A stretch of 64,000 nucleotides of DNA, from contig CAYYJS010000016.1 in assembly GCA_964472315.1 (NCBI GenBank), positions 265 through 64,264 of the forward strand. Reading direction: 5' to 3'. The notes under the pieces are model-generated. The model ran no database searches, was not told where the DNA came from, and was given only the letters and a program-made list of their open reading frames with translations. The DNA comes from an uncultured Victivallales bacterium (GTDB taxonomy: Bacteria; Verrucomicrobiota; Kiritimatiellia; UBA8416). Shown here one piece after another: positions 9,105-18,904 of the stretch. The translations under genes and the position numbers were made by a program. Every line of letters begins with the position of its first letter. Position 1 is the stretch's first letter.

Positions 9105-9992
9105 CTACGCGCGCGGATGGAACTGCTGATGCACGGACTTCAGCCGGTTCTGATCGACATGGGTATAGACCTGGGTCGTCGCGATGTCGGCATGGCCCAA
9201 CATCTCCTGGATGATGCGCAGGGGCGCGCCGTTGGCAAGCAGATGGCTCGCGAAAGAGTGACGGAGCGTATGCGGCGAAACGCTCTTTTGGATGCCGGCC
9301 CCCCGCGCGTAGGCCTTGATCAGCAACCAGACGCCCTTCCGCGAAAACGCCTGTCCCCGGTACGTAAGAAACACGTGCCGCGGCGAGCGGTCGTTGACGA
9401 AGTCCGGCCGCGCCTCGCGCAGGTACTGTTCGATGCGATCGATCGCGGCGGCGCCGAACGGCACCACACGCACCTTCCGTCCCTTTCCCACGCACCGCAG
9501 GTATTGCTCGTCCATGTGCAGGTCATCCAGTGTCAGCGCGCACAGTTCGGAAACCCGCAGTCCGCACGCATACATCAGTTCCAAAATGGCGCGGTCCCGC
9601 ATGCGGTAGCGGTCATCGCCCACGGGCGCCGCCAGAAGCCGCTCCACCTCGCGCGGCGTGAGCACGCCCGGCAGCACTTTCCAGAGGCGCGGCGAATCCA
9701 TCACCTCCGTGACATCGGCATCAAGCATGCCCTCCTGCCGCAAAAAGTGAAAGAACACCTTGATGGCCACCAGGCGCCGGGACACGGAGTTGACGCTGAG
9801 ACCGCGGTCGCGCTCCGCGAGGAGGTATTCCAGGATGTGCTCGCGCGTTACCGCGTTGAACGTCGCCACGCCGCGCGGGGTCAACCAGGCATCGAAGCTG
9901 TCGAGGTCGCGACCGTAGGCTTCGCGCGTGGCGGGACTGAGTCCGCGTTCCAGCGACACATGGTCGAGGAACATCTTGACCAGCGCGTTCAC
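9105..9992 (-). CDS. xerD: Tyrosine site-specific recombinase XerD/XerC
   Basis: N-terminal SAM-like domain (FLDHVSLERGLSPATREAY) and catalytic region with HTLRHSFASHLL and LGHADIATTQVYTHV. Confidence 0.8.
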   Translation of the reverse strand: MNALVKMFLDHVSLERGLSPATREAYGRDLDSFDAWLTPRGVATFNAVTREHILEYLLAERDRGLSVNSVSRRLVAIKVFFHFLRQEGMLDADVTEVMDSPRLWKVLPGVLTPREVERLLAAPVGDDRYRMRDRAILELMYACGLRVSELCALTLDDLHMDEQYLRCVGKGRKVRVVPFGAAAIDRIEQYLREARPDFVNDRSPRHVFLTYRGQAFSRKGVWLLIKAYARGAGIQKSVSPHTLRHSFASHLLANGAPLRIIQEMLGHADIATTQVYTHVDQNRLKSVHQQFHPRA

Positions 9993-10351
9993 GGCCGGCA
10001 GTCGGCCGGCAGCGCGGCGGCGGCCACGGGATCGGCGGGGATCTCGAAAGTCTTGCCCAACGACTCGGCGATCACGCGGAAACCGGCCTTGGCGATCATG
10101 TACTCCGCATTCTTGTCGGACGCCAGCAGCGAATCGTAGACGAGCGTGACGGTGCGCGCGTCATAGTCCAGCTTGAGGCTTGACGGCTGCAACCCGGGCA
10201 ACCGCGAAACGGCCCGCGACACGAGTCGTCCACAGGCTTCGTTGCGCATGTCCGGGACCCCGATCTCCAGCGTCCGGTAATCGTGCTGACGGCAACCCGC
10301 ACCGAGCGCCAGCACCGCACCGAGCACCAGTAACGTCACACGCTCAATCAT
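9989..10351 (-). CDS. Lipoprotein with HMA-like ferredoxin fold (no CxxC)
   Basis: Lipobox LALGAGC, then LEIGVPDMRNEACGRLVSRAVSRLPG...VTLVYDS. GTGA overlap with xerD. Confidence 0.45.
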   Translation of the reverse strand: MIERVTLLVLGAVLALGAGCRQHDYRTLEIGVPDMRNEACGRLVSRAVSRLPGLQPSSLKLDYDARTVTLVYDSLLASDKNAEYMIAKAGFRVIAESLGKTFEIPADPVAAAALPADCRP

Positions 10352-10403
10352 GTGGGGAACACTAACCAAGCGATTCCGCCAAGTCAACACCGTCGGACGG
10401 CGT

Positions 10404-11147
10404 CTACCCGTGGGGCCACAGGAGTTCATAGGCCAGAACGCTCAGCGCGTAGAGCGCCGCCGTTTCGACACGCAACACGTTCCCGCCGAAACAAACGGGA
10501 ATGCCGCCAAGGCCGACAACGCGTGCGACCTCGTCGGCCGTCAGATCGCCCTCGGGGCCGATAATCAGTCCCAGCCGGCGGGGCGGTGTCGCGTGCAGAC
10601 CGTTCACAACCTCATGGAGCATCCGCAACCCCGGCGCCAGCGTTCCAGCCAGCAGGCAATCGAACGCCCCGGGGACCAGCACCTCGTCCAGCGGTCGCAC
10701 CGGACGGATCTCCGGAAGCCAGTTGGTTCCGCATTGCTTGGCCGCGCTCCGCGCGATGCGTTCCCAACGGGCCGGCCGTTCGCGCAGGCGATCGCCCACC
10801 GGCTGCACGATACACCGGGCGGTCACAACGGGGTGGATGACGTGCACGCCGATTTCGGTCGCCTTCTCGACAATCAGGTCCATGTTGCGGCCTTTCGGCA
10901 AAGCCTGGATCAGCTCGATGGACAGCGGCATGGATGGCGCGCGCACGGTCTCATCCACAGCCACGACGGCCCGCTCATCGCCGCCGGTCAACCGGCCGCG
11001 GGCAACCCGGCCGCGGCCGTCGAACACATCGACCCGATCGCCCGCCCGCAACCGCAGCACATGGAAGACATGACGGCTCTCCGCGGGCGACAGCGCCACG
11101 GCGCCGTCGGAGGCCCACCGTTCCGGAGCTGCGTAACATCGGTGCAT
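10404..11147 (-). CDS. rsmE: 16S rRNA (uracil1498-N3)-methyltransferase
   Basis: HRCYAAP...ESRHVFHVLRLRAGDRV.VFDGRG... with a C-terminal SPOUT region (LIIGPEGDLTADEV). Confidence 0.8.
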   Translation of the reverse strand: MHRCYAAPERWASDGAVALSPAESRHVFHVLRLRAGDRVDVFDGRGRVARGRLTGGDERAVVAVDETVRAPSMPLSIELIQALPKGRNMDLIVEKATEIGVHVIHPVVTARCIVQPVGDRLRERPARWERIARSAAKQCGTNWLPEIRPVRPLDEVLVPGAFDCLLAGTLAPGLRMLHEVVNGLHATPPRRLGLIIGPEGDLTADEVARVVGLGGIPVCFGGNVLRVETAALYALSVLAYELLWPHG

Positions 11148-11154
11148 GCCGGTA

Positions 11155-12333
11155 CTACTTGCCCATCGCGCTCTTGCGCTCGATGAAGGCGTGCGCCTGC
11201 TCGACGAAGCGTTGCACCGCGGGATAGTTCCCGTCGTCGGTCTCGTCGCTGAACGTTTTCAACGCCTTCTTCTGGTGCCCGCTCAATTTGCTGGGCACCT
11301 CGGCGACGATCTGGACATGCAGGTCGCCGCGCGAATAACCCTCGACGCTGGGCATGCCCTTGTTCTTCAGGCGGAACACCTTGCCGCTCTCGGTTCCCGC
11401 CTCGAGTTTGAGCTTGGCGAAACCGTCCACGGTCGGCACCTGCACCTCGCCGCCGAGCGCGAGCACATGGAACGGCACGGGGACCTCGCACAGCAGATCG
11501 TCTTCGCGCCGCTGGAAAACCGGGTGGGCCTTCACATGCAGCACAACGTACAGATCCCCCGGAGGCCCCCCGCGGATGCCCCCTTCGCCCTTGCCCGACA
11601 GTCGCAGGCGGGAGCCGGTATCGACACCTTTGGGCACGCGCAACGTCATGCGCGACCGCGACTTGACGCGTCCGTTGCCCTGGCAGTTCTTGCACGGGTG
11701 AGATACCATCGAGCCGGTGCCGCCGCAGACCGGACAGGTCTGGCGCACCTGAAAGAACCCGCCGCCGGACACCACGGAGCCGGCGCCACCACACTGGCGG
11801 CACGTCTCGCGACTGTGTCCCGGCGCCACGCCGCTGCCCTTGCACGTGCCGCATTCCTGCGAAATCGGCAGTGTGATCTCGCGCTCCGATCCGAAGGCGG
11901 CCTCCTCGAGGTCGACTTCCAGATCGAACCGCAGGTCCGCGCCGGCCTGGGGACCGTCGTGCCGCGCCCGCCGGCGCCCGCCGCCAAAGAAATCCTCGAA
12001 GACGCCGCCACCGCCACCGCCGAAGAGATTGCCCAGAATATCCTGGAGGTCGCCCGTGTGGGTGAAGTCGCGCGAGAAGTCGAATCCGCCCGGGCCGAAG
12101 GTCGACTTCAACCCGTCGTGACCGAACTGGTCGTATTGCTTGCGCTTGTCGGCGTCGCTCAGGATCTCGTAGGCCTCGGATATCTCCTTGAACTGAGCCT
12201 CGGCTTCCTTGTTGCCCGGATTCCGGTCCGGATGATACTTCATGGCCAACTTGCGGTAGGCCTTCCTGATTTCTTCCGCCGTCGCCGTCCGGCTGACACC
12301 CAGTAGATCGTAATAGTCTTTCTTCGACGCCAC
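11155..12333 (-). CDS. dnaJ: Molecular chaperone DnaJ
   Basis: J domain DYYDLLGV...KYHPDRN, a G/F region and four CxxCxGxG zinc motifs. GTG start preceded by GAGGA. Confidence 0.95.
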   Translation of the reverse strand: MASKKDYYDLLGVSRTATAEEIRKAYRKLAMKYHPDRNPGNKEAEAQFKEISEAYEILSDADKRKQYDQFGHDGLKSTFGPGGFDFSRDFTHTGDLQDILGNLFGGGGGGVFEDFFGGGRRRARHDGPQAGADLRFDLEVDLEEAAFGSEREITLPISQECGTCKGSGVAPGHSRETCRQCGGAGSVVSGGGFFQVRQTCPVCGGTGSMVSHPCKNCQGNGRVKSRSRMTLRVPKGVDTGSRLRLSGKGEGGIRGGPPGDLYVVLHVKAHPVFQRREDDLLCEVPVPFHVLALGGEVQVPTVDGFAKLKLEAGTESGKVFRLKNKGMPSVEGYSRGDLHVQIVAEVPSKLSGHQKKALKTFSDETDDGNYPAVQRFVEQAHAFIERKSAMGK

Positions 12334-12417
12334 GGTATTCCTCTACGGTACGATTCGTTTGTCGTTCACACTTGTTCCGCCGCCGGGATCGCATTCCCCG
12401 GCGTCCCGCGCATCGCG

Positions 12418-13074
12418 CTACGCCGCGGGCGGGCCGCTTGAAACCACGACCTGCGCCGGTCGGAGCAGCCGTTCGCCGAGCATATAGCCACGCCGTGTCT
12501 GCGCGATCACGTGGTTCTCGGCAACTTCCGCGGACGGCAGGTGCGCGATGGCTTCGTGTACGCGATGGTCGAAGGCCTGTCCTTCGGCGTCGACCGGCTT
12601 CAGGCCGAACCGCGCCATCACCCCAAGCATCTGCTCGCCGACCAGTTTGAACCCCTGCACCACGGCATCGTTGCCACCACCCTGAACCGCCGCGAACGCC
12701 ATATCCAGATTGTCAAGCACCGGCAGCAGTTCGCCCAACAGGTCCATGTTGGCGCGCTGATAGAGTTCATCCTTTTCCCGAAGCACGCGCTTCCGGTAGT
12801 TCTCGAAGTCGGCCCGCAACCGCAGGAGCTGCTGCGACTCCGCGGGCAGTGCCGCGGTCGGCTCAGGCGCCGGCTCCAACACAGGCGCAGCCGGCTCGAC
12901 CGGTGGCACCTCTCCCGTCTCGATCACAATCGCTTCGCAAGCGTCGGGTTCGCCCGCGGGCGACGCATCCCCACCCTCATCGCCGGTACCCGGAAAGCCA
13001 TCCGGAATCGCCTGTGTGCCATGCTTCTCGTTCGCGTGACCGTGCTTCTTCGAATCGCCCTTTTTCGTCATCAT
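12418..13074 (-). CDS. grpE: Nucleotide exchange factor GrpE
   Basis: LLRLRADFENYRKR...LLPVLDNLD...GYMLGERLLRPAQVVV. Confidence 0.9.
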   Translation of the reverse strand: MMTKKGDSKKHGHANEKHGTQAIPDGFPGTGDEGGDASPAGEPDACEAIVIETGEVPPVEPAAPVLEPAPEPTAALPAESQQLLRLRADFENYRKRVLREKDELYQRANMDLLGELLPVLDNLDMAFAAVQGGGNDAVVQGFKLVGEQMLGVMARFGLKPVDAEGQAFDHRVHEAIAHLPSAEVAENHVIAQTRRGYMLGERLLRPAQVVVSSGPPAA

Positions 13075-13083
13075 CCGTCCCGT

Positions 13084-14550
13084 CTATGCCTTGCTGTCTC
13101 GTGATATTTTCATGGCGACAAGCGTCATGTCGTCATACTGGGGCACGTCCCCGACGAATTGCAACAACTTCTGCCGGACAATCCTGGCGACGGCCCGTGC
13201 ATCGCTCTCGCCCGGCGACAACTGCACTGTTTTGGCGAGATTGAGCTTGCCCCACTCGTTGCCTTGTCGGTCCTGCGCCTCGGTCACGCCGTCGGTGTAG
13301 ATGACCACCGTATCCCGCGGCGAAAGCTGCACGGTGCGTTCGTCCAGCGTGGCATCGAACAGCGCGACGTCGCCGACACCGACCGCAATCCCCATCGATT
13401 CCGGTTCCCACGGTTCGCGCGGCGGCGGCGGGCAGATAAGCGGCGCCATGTGCCCCGCGCGCGCGACGGTCAGCGCCAGCGTCTCGGTATCGAGCACCAT
13501 GTACAGCATGCTGACAAACATATCCTCGGCAATGTCCGGCCGCAGCACGCGGTTGACCTCGCGCAGAACGGATGCGGGGCTATGCATCCCCGGCGCCACC
13601 ACGCGCAGGACCGTCCGGCAGATGGACATTACCAGACCACCGGATACGCCCTTGCCCGAGACGTCGGCGATGGCGATGCCGACATGCCGGTCGTCAATCT
13701 CCACAAACTCGTAAAAGTCGCCCCCGATCTGTTGTGCCGGCACGCTGAACGCCGAAATATCCACGCCGGGCAGCGAGGGGATCGTCTTCGGCAGCAGCGC
13801 CACCTGGATCTTTCTGGCAGTCATCAGGTCATAGTCCAGACGCCGCTTCTCGTCCAGCGCCGAGCTGACGCGGGCATAGTGAATCGCCACCGAGGCTTGG
13901 TCGCCCAAGGCCTGCAACAGACTTGCATCGGTCGTGCCGAAGGCGTCGCCATCGACGCGGTTGACGATCGCCAACACGCCCAGCACTTCGTGACGGAACC
14001 GCATGGGAACCAGGAGCAGCGAATGGACGCGCAGGAATTCATGGCGGAACCGCGGCACCCGTGCGTCGGAATCGGGGTTGTCCACGATGAGCGGCGCGTT
14101 CGTACTGACGATGCTCCCGACGATCCCCTCGCCAACCGTGGCCGGCTGGGTGCGAACGAGCCACTCGACGTGGCGGACCTTGCTGAAGGCGCGGTCAAGT
14201 TCGTCATCGACGCCGCCGATCAGCGGGGGGAAGATGCCGGCGACGGCCGCGGCAGTCAGGTGCTCGCGGTCGGGGTCCAGCAGATAGACCGCACCCGCGC
14301 TCCCGCGCGTGGCCTTGAGCGCGAAAGAGAGCACGCGCTTGACCAGGGGTGCCAACTCGACGGCATCCGACTCGGCGAAGACCTCGCCGATGTCGTAGAT
14401 GAAGCTGAAGACCAAATCCTTTTCGGCCAGCAACCGGTTCCGTTCGTGACGCATCCGCCGGATATGGTGCAGCAGGACCACGGTGACGACCAGCATGGCC
14501 ACATTAGCGAGAAGCAGCGGAATCGCGGGTGAGAAAAGCGCGCCCGGCAT
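13084..14550 (-). CDS. Membrane-anchored GAF-domain PP2C/SpoIIE-type serine phosphatase (RsbU-like)
   Basis: N-terminal TM, a GAF-like region, then the PP2C core IGGDFYEF...IADVSGKGVSGGLVMS...YTDGVTEA...DDMTLVAM. Confidence 0.8.
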   Translation of the reverse strand: MPGALFSPAIPLLLANVAMLVVTVVLLHHIRRMRHERNRLLAEKDLVFSFIYDIGEVFAESDAVELAPLVKRVLSFALKATRGSAGAVYLLDPDREHLTAAAVAGIFPPLIGGVDDELDRAFSKVRHVEWLVRTQPATVGEGIVGSIVSTNAPLIVDNPDSDARVPRFRHEFLRVHSLLLVPMRFRHEVLGVLAIVNRVDGDAFGTTDASLLQALGDQASVAIHYARVSSALDEKRRLDYDLMTARKIQVALLPKTIPSLPGVDISAFSVPAQQIGGDFYEFVEIDDRHVGIAIADVSGKGVSGGLVMSICRTVLRVVAPGMHSPASVLREVNRVLRPDIAEDMFVSMLYMVLDTETLALTVARAGHMAPLICPPPPREPWEPESMGIAVGVGDVALFDATLDERTVQLSPRDTVVIYTDGVTEAQDRQGNEWGKLNLAKTVQLSPGESDARAVARIVRQKLLQFVGDVPQYDDMTLVAMKISRDSKA

Positions 14551-14554
14551 GGCA

Positions 14555-15094
14555 TCACCCCTCGATTTGTTTCAAATCCTGGGTCAGATACGTCAGGACA
14601 TCCTTGAAACGCGTCAGGTTGTCCGGAACGGCATCGACGAGGGTCTGATGCGCCTCGAGCATGGTTTCAAGCGTCACTTTACGGTCGACCGCGACATCGG
14701 CGAGCCCGGTCACTTCCAGAGCTTCGGACAACATGGCACTCACCGCCGCGGGATCGGCGCCGACGGCGTAGGCTTCGATCAGGCGCGTCAGGCCCAGCGT
14801 ATCGAGCAGCGACAAGGTCTTCGGCGTCAGGTTGATCGCGATCAACCGCCCGCCGCACTCATGATGAAGCCGCAGGGCCAGTCCCGCCAGGACGCCCATA
14901 AACGTGCTGTCCAAGCTGTGACACTCGTCCATATCCAGTACGAGCTGCGCACAGCCCTTCTCGATGGCCGAAGCCCCAAACCGTTTGAGCGCCGGGGCGT
15001 TCTTGAAGGACCCGCGGCCCCGCACGCGTACCATTGCGGACTGCTTCTGGATGGCAACCAAGAGTTGATCGTCCTGGTTCGCGGCGTTACTCAT
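14555..15094 (-). CDS. STAS-domain protein (anti-sigma-antagonist-like) with C-terminal extension
   Basis: VRVRGRGSF...LVLDMDECHSLDSTFMGVLAGL...LSLLDTLGL contains the conserved phosphorylatable Ser context. Start at ATG 15094 is uncertain (alternatives up to 15151). Confidence 0.65.
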   Translation of the reverse strand: MSNAANQDDQLLVAIQKQSAMVRVRGRGSFKNAPALKRFGASAIEKGCAQLVLDMDECHSLDSTFMGVLAGLALRLHHECGGRLIAINLTPKTLSLLDTLGLTRLIEAYAVGADPAAVSAMLSEALEVTGLADVAVDRKVTLETMLEAHQTLVDAVPDNLTRFKDVLTYLTQDLKQIEG

Positions 15095-15232
15095 CTGACA
15101 AGCACCTGTTCCTTTTAAAACGGACTTGGAAGCTACCATCACCCCTGCCACCTGTCAACCCGGCTGACACCGCGAAACAGTGTCCAACAGGCGACGCGCA
15201 GACGGTTGCATTTGCGCGGCCAATCACGCAAC

Positions 15233-16402
15233 ATGTTCCGCATGAACGCAACATTCGCCCTTTCCGCCGGCTTCGCGACCGCCGACATTTCTCCGGCCGC
15301 CGATGCCACACTGTACGGCTACGGATTCCGTGCGCCGGGTTTCGACCGTATCCATGCGCCCCTTCTCGCTCGCGTCTGCGCGATTCACGACGGAACGCAA
15401 CCGGCGGCCCTCGTTGCCCTCGACCACTGCGTCATTCCGGACGAGCAGGCAACGGCCCTGCGCGCCGAGATAGCCACCGCCCTCGGTACGTCGATCGAAC
15501 GCGTGATGCTCGCGGCCACGCATACGCATTCGGGACCCGAGCCCACACCCGCCTATTTCGCGGCCATTCGTGACCGAACGGTCGATGCCGCCAGGCGCGC
15601 CGCGGGCTACCGCGTTCCGGTCGTCGCCCGCTTCCGCGAGGCGCCGTTGGGCCTGGCCTACAACCGCCGCGTCCCGCGCGGCGACGGCGGAAACGTGCAC
15701 CATTGCTGGGGCACGCAGGAATGGCCCGACCGCATCCCCGTCGGGACGCCCGACCCAACCTGCAGCGTGCTGGAACTGGCGCAGCTCAACGGGGATCGGC
15801 GCTACCTGATCTGGAACCTGGGCGCGCACCCGGTGGCACTCGGCAAGACCAGCCGCGTGCTGAGTCCCGACTACCCCGGCGTCGCCAACGCCGTCATCGA
15901 ATCCGTTCTCCCGGGAAGCCATGCCCTGTTCACCCTCGGCGCGGCAGGCGACGCGCAGCCGTGGATATCGACCGAGGAACTCCTGGAAGGCGCCGATCTC
16001 GTGGGGCGCACCGCCGGGTTGTTCGTCAGCGTCCTCCGCCACGGCGCGCCGCCCCTGGCGGCGGGGAGCGCATCCGGCGACGCCGCGCTGCGGTGCGTCG
16101 CCCGCACCGTCGTCATCGCCGGGGCCGCCCTGCCGCTGATGGCCTGGCGTCTCGGCCCCCTCTATTTCGTCGGGCTCCCCGTGGAACTCGTCGCGGAGCT
16201 CGGCATCGCGCTGCGCCGAAGACTTCCCGGCCCCGTCTTCGTCATAACGGTTGCCAACGGGTGGCACGGCTACTGGTGCACGGCACGCCAATGGGCGGAA
16301 GGCGGCTACGAGATCGAGGTCGCCCGTACGTGCGGCCTGACCCCCGGCTGCGGCGAGGCGCTCGTCGATGCCGCAAGCGCGCTGGCCCGCGAACTCGACT
16401 GA
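15233..16402 (+). CDS. Neutral/alkaline ceramidase-like hydrolase (function uncertain)
   Basis: ADISP..ATLYGYG.R...IHAPLLARV...LDHC......ATHTHSGPEP resembles the ceramidase_alk N-terminal pattern. Confidence 0.5.
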   Translation: MFRMNATFALSAGFATADISPAADATLYGYGFRAPGFDRIHAPLLARVCAIHDGTQPAALVALDHCVIPDEQATALRAEIATALGTSIERVMLAATHTHSGPEPTPAYFAAIRDRTVDAARRAAGYRVPVVARFREAPLGLAYNRRVPRGDGGNVHHCWGTQEWPDRIPVGTPDPTCSVLELAQLNGDRRYLIWNLGAHPVALGKTSRVLSPDYPGVANAVIESVLPGSHALFTLGAAGDAQPWISTEELLEGADLVGRTAGLFVSVLRHGAPPLAAGSASGDAALRCVARTVVIAGAALPLMAWRLGPLYFVGLPVELVAELGIALRRRLPGPVFVITVANGWHGYWCTARQWAEGGYEIEVARTCGLTPGCGEALVDAASALARELD

Positions 16403-16405
16403 CGG

Positions 16406-18889
16406 CTAGCGGTACGTATCCCGCAGCGAACGGACCTTGATCCGCTTCTCCATGTCGGCCGCGCTCGCCGGAGCGGGGGTGACGACTTCGATCTCGATCT
16501 CCTCGCCGGGACGCATCGCGAAGAAGTTGTCGCCGCAGTGCGCGCCGGCCCCCGCATCCAGCCACACCCACAATGCCGGGCGCGCCACGCGCAGCGTCAC
16601 CGCGAACGTGGTGTCGTCCACGGCACGCGCCTTCACGCCGAACTCCGGTTCCAGCCATTCCACGGCCTTGGGCTTCACGAACAGGACGAGGTTGCGCGAC
16701 TCGACCGTCGCGTCGCTCACAAGGGACAGCCAGACCATCAGGTCGCGCGCACCGTACCGCGCCAGGGGCTCGCGCAGATCGAGCGTCTTGACCTTCTTCG
16801 CCGAACGTTCGCCGACATGGACGTCGAACGCGTCCTGGACCAGCACGTCGCCGGCCACATTCGTCAAGGTCCAGACCAGCCGCCCTTCCACCGCCGCGAC
16901 ACGGTCGTTGCTGACATGCACGGTCACCGTGCCCTTTGCCGGGTCCTCGACACCCGATACCAGCACCGGCGCGAAGAACTCCTTCGCGGCGTAATGCAAT
17001 GCCTTCCAGTTGCCAGCGTAATCGATGGATGCCCAGCTCGCCACCGGCCAGCAGTCGTTGAGCTGCCAGTAGATCGCACCCATGCACCGCGGCATATTCC
17101 GGCGCCAATGCTCGACCGCATACTTGATCGCCACACCCTGCAGGATCTGACTGAGCCACAGCGTCATCTCGAAGTTCCGGGGCATCCGGAACCAGGACAG
17201 CATGTACTGCATGATCGCCGTATTGCCGATGCCACTGCGCTGGTGCCATTCCATCACCGGAGACGTGATGTTCCGATCGTCGGGCGCCGTGTAACCCGCG
17301 GTCACGCGCGGCTCCGTAAAGCTCTGGAAACCGAATTCGCTGACGAACCGATGGAACGTCCCGCGGTACCACTCGAACGGCTGCCGGCCATGCCAGACAT
17401 CCCAAAGGTGCGCGTCGCCCCAACGCGGGTCGCTGTGCTTGTGCCGGTCGCCTAGCGGCGAATGCGGACTGCAGGGCCAATACGCACGCTGGGGATCGTG
17501 CCGGGCCACGACCTTCGGCAACAGCTTGTCGAACAGCTTGCCGTAGTCCTCCCAGCTCATGTGGCCGTCCGTCCAGCCGCCATCGCGGACCAAACCCTGT
17601 TCAAGCTCGTTGTTGCCGCACCAGAGGGCGAGCGAGGCGTGGTGGCGCAGCCGCTTCACGTTGTCCACGGCTTCCCGTTCCACCGTGGCCATGAAATCGT
17701 CGTCGAACGTCGGGTACGTCGCGCAGGCGAACATGAAGTCCTGCCATACGCACAGTCCCATCTCGTCGCAGAGATCGTAGAACACATCGTGCTCGTAGAT
17801 GCCCCCACCCCACACGCGGACGACGTTCATGTGCGCCGCGGCGGCGTCGCCGAGCAGGCGCCAGTAGTCGTCGTACGTCAGACGCGACAGGATCGCGTCG
17901 GCCGGAATCCAGTTCGCGCCTTTGGCGAAGAACCGTTTGCCGTTGACCGCGAAACAGAACGACTCGCCCCATGCGTCGGCCTTGCGCACCACGTCCAGCG
18001 TCCGCAGCCCGATACGGCGGCGCAGGCTTCCACGACACTCGCCCTTGCCGTCGAGCAGGACAACCTCCACGTCGTACAACGGTTGGCCGCCCATGCCGTT
18101 CGGCCACCACAGCCTGGGCTCGGCGATGCGCAGCGTCGCCACACCCCGTCCCCGCCCGATCTCGACGGTCCCGCCCGCGACCCCCCGCCCGTCGTGCGTG
18201 ACCGCGACGAGCGCCGCAAGCTGCCCGCGCCCCGTCGTCTCGCAGGCCACGCTCACCGTCAGCGTCACCGCCTTGCCGCGGTGCTCCTGCGCGATATGCA
18301 GATCCGTCAGCCGCGCCACGCTGTACCCGACGATCCGGATATCGCGCCAGATGCCGACCGTCGTCAGCGCCGGCCCCCAGTCCCATCCGAAGTTGCACGG
18401 TTGCTTGCGGATCCAGGCGCCGCTGTTCACCTTGTGCTGGCCCACACCCCAGGCCGGCAGCTTGCGCTGGCCCTTCGCACGCGCCACGGCATACTTCAAC
18501 GGCGAGGTGAAATGCACGGAAATCGTATTCGTCCCGGCGCGCAGCGCGGGTTTCACATCAAACGCCCAGGTGCGGTACTGATTGTCGGCGGCGCCCACCG
18601 TGCGCCCGTTGACGCGGACGGTGGCGATGGTATCGAGCCCGTCGCATTCCAGCACGACCCGTTCATGGGCAAGCACGTTGGCATCCGCGTCGAATACGCG
18701 TTCGTAGACCCAGTCCGACTCGCCGATCCACTGCACCAGCGCTTCGTTGTCGCGGTAGTACGGGTCCGGTATCCGCCCCGCCGCGAGAAGGTCACCGTGG
18801 ATGTTCCCCGGCACCGACGCTTGCACCGAAACCCCATCCTTGCCGGCCTGCGTCGCCTGCCACCGCCCATTGAGATCGATAGCGGTCAT
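16406..18889 (-). CDS. Beta-mannosidase (GH2)
   Basis: IDLNGRWQ...VPGNIHGDLLAAGRIPDPYYRDNE...NLVLFVKPK matches GH2 mannosidase architecture and length (about 827 aa). Confidence 0.85.
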   Translation of the reverse strand: MTAIDLNGRWQATQAGKDGVSVQASVPGNIHGDLLAAGRIPDPYYRDNEALVQWIGESDWVYERVFDADANVLAHERVVLECDGLDTIATVRVNGRTVGAADNQYRTWAFDVKPALRAGTNTISVHFTSPLKYAVARAKGQRKLPAWGVGQHKVNSGAWIRKQPCNFGWDWGPALTTVGIWRDIRIVGYSVARLTDLHIAQEHRGKAVTLTVSVACETTGRGQLAALVAVTHDGRGVAGGTVEIGRGRGVATLRIAEPRLWWPNGMGGQPLYDVEVVLLDGKGECRGSLRRRIGLRTLDVVRKADAWGESFCFAVNGKRFFAKGANWIPADAILSRLTYDDYWRLLGDAAAAHMNVVRVWGGGIYEHDVFYDLCDEMGLCVWQDFMFACATYPTFDDDFMATVEREAVDNVKRLRHHASLALWCGNNELEQGLVRDGGWTDGHMSWEDYGKLFDKLLPKVVARHDPQRAYWPCSPHSPLGDRHKHSDPRWGDAHLWDVWHGRQPFEWYRGTFHRFVSEFGFQSFTEPRVTAGYTAPDDRNITSPVMEWHQRSGIGNTAIMQYMLSWFRMPRNFEMTLWLSQILQGVAIKYAVEHWRRNMPRCMGAIYWQLNDCWPVASWASIDYAGNWKALHYAAKEFFAPVLVSGVEDPAKGTVTVHVSNDRVAAVEGRLVWTLTNVAGDVLVQDAFDVHVGERSAKKVKTLDLREPLARYGARDLMVWLSLVSDATVESRNLVLFVKPKAVEWLEPEFGVKARAVDDTTFAVTLRVARPALWVWLDAGAGAHCGDNFFAMRPGEEIEIEVVTPAPASAADMEKRIKVRSLRDTYR

Positions 18890-18904
18890 GCCCGCTCGCA
18901 CCTC

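Noticed and set aside
9989-10351. Copper chaperone / HMA metallochaperone call
   Set aside because: The fold-like pattern is present, but the metal-binding CxxC motif is absent. It is therefore annotated only as an HMA-like lipoprotein.
12334-12417. Hairpin GCCGGG-n9-CCCGGC between grpE and dnaJ as a regulatory element
   Set aside because: The stem is short (6 bp) and GC-rich, and is expected by chance at this composition. No supporting features were found.
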